Part shown: piece by piece, positions 57,101 to 64,000 of the stretch | Numbering within the stretch: position 1 is the first letter of the stretch | How the letters are laid out: each line of letters begins with the position of its first letter | NCBI GenBank assembly: GCA_034226945.1 | Contig: CP120464.1 | Span: 620,001-684,000 of the forward strand | Direction of reading: 5' to 3' | Origin: Picochlorum sp. SENEW3 | Lineage: Eukaryota | Length of the DNA: 64,000 bases | Translations under genes and position numbers: made by a program | The notes under the pieces: generated by a model | Database searches by the model: none | The model's input: only the letters and a program-made list of their open reading frames with translations | What the model was told of the DNA's origin: nothing

Positions 57101-58677
57101 ATTCATAAATGTCAGGGCAGTTCGATGGCGGGCCCAGTCCTCTTGGACTTTCGAGACCTTTTCGAGGTTGGTATGGGGTATGTCCTACTGACGCGAAAGA
57201 CCTCCAGGGACCAACTTGCATTAACTTGCTGCCCCACCCCAGAGCAACTTCAGGTGTTATCAACGTACTCTCCCCCATCTGGGTGCGAGCTCCGTAACGA
57301 GGCCAAAAAGGAGCCTAAAACCAAAGGAAACAAACATAGCCATGTTCACAGCCAAGCACAGAAACTTCTTGCTATAGACAGGTCTGCAAATACCTTTATG
57401 GACAAACCCCACACCCGTGTTGAGACCGGACAACAATGGTTGAATCCTATTCCAACCACCGTGACGTCCATTATAAATGCCAACGACTGGATATCCAACT
57501 TTGCCAACCCAGTGTACGAAAGCACCAGGGATTTTCTTCAGCATATCCCCACTGCATCCATGAAAAAGCTGGTCGATCGAAAGCAAGCGCTGGAGATGAA
57601 CACGATGGAATGGCTTTATAACGAAGAAATTGATTTCTATGCAAAGTATATCAAATGGAGGTTGGAAAAAAACAGCAGCTGGTGTCACATTCTTGAGACA
57701 GAAAGTTACCTGCTCATTTTCCGCAACAACGATCCCTTGGAGCACATACTCTCGGCGTGGAAAAATATAGATTCATCAGCAAAGTTTATATGCGCATTCA
57801 CTGCTCACGACTCGCATTATTCCTTGCTAATCCTGGGGAATTTTTCATCTGATTCTGGCTCCCCATATGCCTTTTACTTGGACTCTCTACCTGCGTCCAT
57901 GGCTTCGGTGGAACACCGGGTGAGCCCATCCATTCTTGGACAATTCATCGACGCCTGCCCATGGAGGACGAGTCCTTTGGATGCCCCAGTACAGATTGAA
58001 TGTTTGTCAGTGCCCCAACAGAAGCTGTCAGATGGTAACTGTGGACCCTACGTACTCTTATTTTTCCAGAGATTTCTTCACATGCTGTCAAAACTCGACA
58101 GCCCACCGTCACAGGAAATCCTCAGAGAAGAAATTCTGTCGTGGAGAACGTTGCACCATTCCCCAGCACCATACTCAGAGTACGCCGTGGCTTTGCGTCA
58201 TAATTACGCAAAACTTTTAGACCAGTGTGCTTTATTACAAGGTTCAGAATACTAAGCTCTACTTCAGAACCCGTTCTTCTGCCTCAGGCAAAAGGCCAAA
58301 GTTGCAAGGCCAAAAAAACTTGCCAGGCAATTGCCTTGTTGCAACACTGCACTACCACTAGTAGGCTACTTAGGCTACATCAATACAGATCTGTGTTCAA
58401 TTTCTATTACATTTGTTACCACAGATTTCTGTAATTTACAATGTAAATGCCCCTCCCACCGTCGATACAAGTTCTCCCTGTCCTTTTTATTACAGACCAT
58501 CCTGTCTAAATTTGGATTTACACCTTTGCTTACAATCACTAATCGCCGACTCTCACTTTCGGCCCTCCACTACTTGTTTTTTTTTATTTTCCAGTCTTAA
58601 TAATGTAATGTAATGGGTCCGAGCCACGTGCATAGGAACGTGGCTACCCTGCGACATCATGACCGGCTGGTTTTTTT
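51121..58677 (+). mobile_element. Helitron/Helentron-like rolling-circle transposon (ends inferred)
   Basis: Rep-Hel gene inside; 12-bp inverted repeats tcacgatgtcgc (51121) and gcgacatcatga (58651); hairpin at 58622-58645; T-runs outside both repeats. Confidence 0.75.
51869..58255 (+). pseudogene. Rep/Pif1 helicase/Ulp1-protease polyprotein with 2 introns (52315-52397, 54859-54937) and ~4 frameshifts
   Basis: N-terminal CxxC pairs; TLFPYLFPEG; SPSWW..GLPHYFLTLT (RC motif 1); VRYEMQGR/LHAHILLW (HUH); YLLKYTLK (motif 3); GPAGTGKS, LIIDE, GDDNQLPPV, RQKGD and TIHKCQG (Pif1); WLYNEEID..H..LDSL..QQ...NCG (Ulp1/C48). Confidence 0.85.
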
Positions 58678-59039
58678 CTCGGCTTGACCAACCGTGTTGA
58701 CATGGATTGGAAATCTGTCACTTTGTTATCCAGGCGTGCGCAGGCTTCCCTATTATCAAACTGTAATATTCATTCTACATTTATTGGTAGAAAGAAGAAG
58801 GGCGAATCCGGCCATGAACGCCGAGTGAGCATACGCTGGTAGAAGCGAGTGCACGCGAGTGATATATCGGCTAAGACCCTCTATTTCACTGTGAATCCTG
58901 AGAGAAATCGCATATTAAGATAAACATTGCCATTGTCTGGAAGAAATAGTAAGCAGAGTACAGCGGCAGTGCTATCCATTTTTGCGACCTCGCACATTTG
59001 AACCTGTGTCAGGCTGTTTCATAGGGCGGTTTATATACA

Positions 59040-60668
59040 ATGGTAGATCCAGAAAATAATTTTATGCATAAGGAAGGGGCGAGACAGTTGTCTCTGGACT
59101 CTCAGCAGTTTTTGCAACATGTCATGAGCGTTGATGGGGACGAGCTGTATCAGCTATTGGTGTCTGAGCAGCATGGGGCGTCGCAGTCGCCATCTAAATT
59201 GGCAGATAGTCTGCTGAAAGTGAAGGACCCGGAAGAGTTTGAGAGGAAGACGTCTGATGGCGCAATGCTTGCGGATATGATGCACTCCCTCATGGATGAG
59301 CAGCAACAGCATGGGCATGGAGAGCCCATACTTTTCAGCGAAAAGACTGTGAATATGATTTTTGGAGAGCAGTTGCGTGAGATTGCAGAGGAGGTGGCAG
59401 CTGACATGCAGCAAGATGGGTCGCATCAGAATGAGCATGAAACACATCAGCAGCAAGCCCATCTCGTACCAGGGGCAGCAGAGACTATGGTGCACCAGCG
59501 ACCAATACAAGACCCGCTGCAGCAGCGATCAACAGGATCTTTTATACAGGAGTGGTCAGAAGTAAAGGCAGGCGATGCGAAGAAAGAGCAGCAGTATTTG
59601 ACATTGCTGGATGGAAATGTGCTTCAGAGGGAGGATGGCACAGCAGTGATTGCCACCCTTCCTGAGGGCCAAGCACAGCTGACCGTTCCTATTCCAGGAT
59701 CGTCTTCGATGCTACAGTACATACCTATTCTGGACAGTACAGTAGTGCCTCAACAAACGGGAGATATTATCGTACAAAGGCAGCAAGTTGTACAGACTCC
59801 TTCTCCTTTTGATCAGAAGACTCAGAATCTCCTATCCCCAAGCCAAACAGAGCAGTTGGTGGCAGATGCCGCGAAGCAGCGCTGCCAATTGCAGCAACAA
59901 GACACTGGAAAAGTCCTTCCAAAGCCGCAATTGCGCCCTGTTGATTCTGATGGTGGAAATGCCCAAGAAACTGAAGCATCTGAAGATGTCACTGTGAGCA
60001 GGCAGGTGAGCCATAAGCGAGAAAGAAGCCTCACGACCTCGAGTATCATGGTGTCCGAGAGTTTGCGGGCCCCTGAATCAAAGCAGTCTCTCGGAGGCGG
60101 TTATCAAGATGGTACGCCCCACGACATTTCCCCAAACAGTTCCCTCAACCCGCTGGCAAATACACCTAGGGAGGAAGATTGTTGTCCGCCTCTCAAGCCT
60201 ATGAAATTATTCAGCGACGGACTCGAAATAGATGAAGAGATGTCTCAAATCATCGATGCCACGCTGTGCACACCAGCTGGTGGGAAAAGGAGAGGGCGGC
60301 CACCGGGCAGGTCCAAGAGCAATAATAGCATTCCAGGTTTTGTCGAGCCTTCAGATACTGAAATCTTGGCAAATATACTCTTGGATAACCCTGAATTAAG
60401 AAAATCTTCGACAGACGAATTGAAGAAGCTCGTGAGAAAGGAGAAGAACCGTATCAGCGCAGCCTTCTCCAGATATAAAATGACCTACGAAATGAAGCTG
60501 CTGGAAAGCAAAGTGAAGAAATTAGAAGCGGAAAAGACGAATTTGTCAGAGTGGCTTCAGACTACCCCAGAAGTCCAGCCACATAGAATCCTTTTAGCAG
60601 ATGGTCACACTGCCCCTCTTCGAAAGGATCCAGGCAAAAAGCCACCTGTTCGACACTTGAGCCTTTGA
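59040..60668 (+). CDS. bZIP transcription factor
   Basis: RKEKNRISAAFSR basic region followed by leucine heptads; AT-hook-like KRRGRPPG; Q-rich N-terminus. Confidence 0.8.
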   Translation: MVDPENNFMHKEGARQLSLDSQQFLQHVMSVDGDELYQLLVSEQHGASQSPSKLADSLLKVKDPEEFERKTSDGAMLADMMHSLMDEQQQHGHGEPILFSEKTVNMIFGEQLREIAEEVAADMQQDGSHQNEHETHQQQAHLVPGAAETMVHQRPIQDPLQQRSTGSFIQEWSEVKAGDAKKEQQYLTLLDGNVLQREDGTAVIATLPEGQAQLTVPIPGSSSMLQYIPILDSTVVPQQTGDIIVQRQQVVQTPSPFDQKTQNLLSPSQTEQLVADAAKQRCQLQQQDTGKVLPKPQLRPVDSDGGNAQETEASEDVTVSRQVSHKRERSLTTSSIMVSESLRAPESKQSLGGGYQDGTPHDISPNSSLNPLANTPREEDCCPPLKPMKLFSDGLEIDEEMSQIIDATLCTPAGGKRRGRPPGRSKSNNSIPGFVEPSDTEILANILLDNPELRKSSTDELKKLVRKEKNRISAAFSRYKMTYEMKLLESKVKKLEAEKTNLSEWLQTTPEVQPHRILLADGHTAPLRKDPGKKPPVRHLSL

Positions 60669-60913
60669 TGACTTTGACTATTGGCCACAATATATATACA
60701 AACATGTAAATCACATACTGTGCATGTATACATTGTACATCGAAAAAATAATGAAGGAAAAAAAGGAAGTGCACATGCATCTGATGGGACAGTCTCCTTG
60801 CAAATCTGGCCATGCCTCTTGCGCCTGAACAGTTGGGGTTGGATGCACACCAATATCGCACAAATGAAAATGAATAAATAATTTAGGTCCAAAACTATTT
60901 CACGAGAGGCGAA

Positions 60914-61665
60914 ATGACAGCTCGCGACTCTTCGTTTCACGAAACTTTTTCCAACGTTCTTGGGAAGAAAATTCTCGGTCGTTATGGCGATGTTGATGAT
61001 GATTTCGAGTTATACCTAGATTTATACATAGCTTTGACAGTTTTGGAGAAATTAGAGGCGTCGTACTCGAAGAGCTTGCTATCCATGGAAGAATATGAAG
61101 AGGAGCTTTCTCTTGCTGTAAACCAGTGTTTCAAGTGCCATGCTCTCATACAGCCCAAGGTGCGCTTGCCTTTCTGTACAATGCTTTAATCATAAACGAC
61201 TTTGAGTCAGGGTTCCTTTCGCAGTTTCCCACGTTCACGTCGTTTGTGAACACGTATAAGGACAATGAGATGATGTTCAAAAGGGCCCTCGTGCAGCTGG
61301 AGGGAAAGGACCTGCTGCTGGGCAAGCCAGGTTTTCCTGTGTCAGAGCAAACGACAGCTGCCCATATCCTAGTCATTTTTGAACGATGTGGGGAGATTAA
61401 GGAGGCTATCGAAGTGTACGAGGACTCTTCAACATACCTAATCCAGGTTGGAAAGATCAGGGAGCTCATGAGCACTCTCATGTGCGCCCTTGAGAAGCTA
61501 GATGGCGCAGCATACAAGCTGCCTAGTGTGCAGGTGATGCGAGATTGGGTGGAACAGATTTCTCGCATGGAATCAAGGTCGACCATTGATTCCCAAAAGC
61601 TGAGGACAGATGTGATCACTCTGAGGAAAAACTTGATGGGCATTGCTCATGCATTCAAAGCATAG
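60914..61665 (+). CDS. VPS28-like ESCRT-I subunit, divergent (one intron)
   Basis: LDLYIALTVLEKLEASY...EEYEEE resembles the VPS28 N-terminus; helical C-domain with VMRDWVEQISRM. Confidence 0.55.
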
Positions 61666-61704
61666 TATATTCTTAATTTATATTCTTATTCCTATACATC
61701 AAAA

Positions 61705-62782
61705 ATGAATGAAGGCGGGGTAGATGGGCACGGTCGGGTGAGTAGGTGGACATGCATTTGCTTGGTGTCTGAAGCACGTCAAATAAATACAGCGATACTC
61801 ATCCTAATTCTGTATTTCAGGTTTATTCTTGTGCTGAAGAGTTTTGGGATCATGTACAAGCACAGAGAGGTCGACAGGATGAGAGCGATGAGCAGCAAGG
61901 GGAGTGGTACAAGGCAGCAGTGCAGTATTGGGACTGCCAGGCGGCAACCAATAATGGAGTGCTGGGTGGATTCGGTCAGGTGAATCCATCGGATATCATG
62001 GACAGTAGAAAGTTTTTGATGAAAGGGCTTATGCCGCGGATACAAGAGGCCAAAGAGCAAGGGCGCTCCCTGGTAGCAGCTGGTACGTATAATCATTTCA
62101 CTTCCTGGTAGCATGCCATCAGGATTTTAATGCCTCCGCTGTGCGCATGTAGACTGTGGAGCTGGAATAGGTAGAGTAACAGGATCATTGTTGCTGCATT
62201 ACTTTGATGAGGTGGACCTTGTGGAGCCCTCAGGTGGGTACCCTCGAGCACATTTGTTGCTCCATTGTTGACTACAAAGCATCCTTCCGTGTACAGGGCA
62301 TTTGTTAGAGACAGCCAAAAGAAATTTAGTGGAGTCAAAGCCAGCAAATATTCCTCCCACTCACCGAGCCGTGAACTTTTACCAGACTGGTCTGGAAGCC
62401 TTTCAGCCAGAACAGGGCCGTTATGATTGTTTGTGGATCCAGTGGGCAATAATGTATTTGACGGACGGTACGTCAACTCAAAAGTACTGACGGATTGTAT
62501 TAGACCTCTCATAATGTGTATGATGTCATTGTAGAGGATGCTGTTAAATTCTTTCGGCGGTGCGCCTCTGCAATGAGGCCCCAGGGGGTCATCTTTCTCA
62601 AAGAGAATGTCTGCGACAATGGATTCATCGTCGATTCGGATGACTGCAGCATCACGAGATCCCACAGCTACTTTGTGGAGTTGTTCAAGAAAGCTGGAGT
62701 GAGGATTGCCCATTCGGCACTCCAGAAAAATTTTCCCAAGCAGCTTTTCAAGGTTCGAATGTATGCCCTCAGATTTGATTGA
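61705..62782 (+). CDS. NTMT1: Alpha-N-terminal protein methyltransferase 1 (several introns)
   Basis: YW..NGVLGGFG, DCGAGIGRV, VDLVEP, YDCLWIQW, LKEN, DCSITRS and FPKQLFKVRMYAL. Confidence 0.88.
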
Positions 62783-62816
62783 TTGTTCGTTTACAATTTT
62801 TATTGGAGGAAAAAAG

Positions 62817-63705
62817 TTATTCTTCAACCTCAGCAAGAGCATCTTTGGCCAAATTCCCTACGTACCACAAAGCAAAAGCAGTAAAGCCGAAACCCAGCCC
62901 GAGCTGCCACCACTGAACTCCAACACTCCCTTCTGCGCCTCCTACCAGGATTTCCTTACCATATGTTCCTGCAGCAACGTATGCGAGCGTCCCAGGGAGC
63001 ATCCCCAAGCAGGAAGCAGCTACATAAGATCCCAAATCCACCGATGTGACGCCATACAAATAGTTCGACGCTGCCAATGGCAACAGCGGGGACAGGCGCA
63101 GAAGCGCAACTACCCTGAAGCCATCCTTGCCGATGGCCTTGTCAATCGCTGCGAATTTTGGGTTCTTGTTCGCCCAGGCAGCAAATCTATCTCTTGCTAA
63201 ATATCTTGAAATCAAAAATGCACCAGCCGCTGCAAGGGTCGATGATAACGAAACCACTGCTGTTCCAGGAACAATGCCAAAGATAACCCCAGCTGTCATC
63301 GTCAAGGGAATGGCTGGAACGGCCAGCAACTCTAACAAAGCATACACTACAATATACGCAACATATCCCAAAGCCCCCCAGTCATCAACTAAAGAGATGA
63401 ACGTATCCAAAAATAATTTTATCTGGTCCTTCAACAGAGCACCGCCAACAGCCAATGCTACCAGACCACCCACGACAGAGAGGGTCCCTATCAACTTGGG
63501 CGACAGGCCCCCCACTAACTCGGCTTCGGAAGAGGAATTCTCCGCATTCTTACCCCCAATTTGACTTTCTCTGCATCCAACAGACCATGAATCAACTGGC
63601 ATCCAACCAGTAGAACATTAAACACACAGTGAGACTCACCTCTTCTCCAGTCCTTCCTCCACTGCCTCGGAATCCTGAGAGGCGACCGCCACAGCTGATT
63701 TCCAT
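62817..63705 (-). CDS. TVP38/TMEM64 (DedA/SNARE-associated) membrane protein; 5' end uncertain
   Basis: LAVPAIPLTMTAGVIFG; LLRLSPLLPLAASNYLYG; GMLPGT. Confidence 0.87.
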
Positions 63706-64000
63706 TGCCGTATCGGTAATCTCAACTTGAGCGATGTGCAATGAAATGCAGATCCAGAAGATCGAGTCAGAGCGGTGACGCATTTCTGTCAAAGCAAAGC
63801 ACGAGATAAGGTGATAAGTGATCAGTCGGCCACGAAACTTGACAAGGATACATGGATTCACAGCGATTTCCGCTCTTCATCATCCTTGAGTCAATCGCAT
63901 TTCATACCTGACGGGCGAGGGTCAAGCCAGCGCTTTGTAATAAAGCCATGTCTCAAAAGAAGCAAAAGTTTTGGACAGGGCCGTCCTCACGAATATATTA

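Noticed and set aside
45900..58685. Target-site duplication ctcagctt / ctcggctt around the LINE-Helitron block
   Set aside because: Only 7 of 8 bases match and the boundaries are undefined, so it cannot be told from chance.

Overview
Gene-dense, small-intron eukaryotic DNA. The gene set (AP2/ERF, Z-ISO, plastid-type PDF and ferritin, PTB-type Na+/Pi symporter), the very short intergenic spacers and the 60-140 nt GT-AG introns point to a compact green alga, Picochlorum-like (inference). The window holds about 30 host genes and one intron-containing tRNA-Leu(CAA). There are three mobile-element loci. (1) At the left edge is a 5'-truncated Fanzor (eukaryotic TnpB-like RNA-guided nuclease) with an intact RuvC D-E-D triad, followed by a structured 65-bp tandem duplication where the omegaRNA/right end is expected. 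(2) An apparently intact L1/Tx1-like LINE lies at about 45.9-51.1 kb. (3) Head-to-head with it is a Helitron/Helentron-like Rep-Pif1 element whose helicase is fused to a Ulp1-type cysteine protease. Host genes for phosphate sensing and uptake and for arsenic handling (SPX, GlpF-like MIP, ArsM, PTB, SHLQKYR GARP factor) lie within about 31 kb and share GAATC(T) promoter motifs, which are densest upstream of the GARP factor itself. All calls come from reading motifs by eye; no searches were run.
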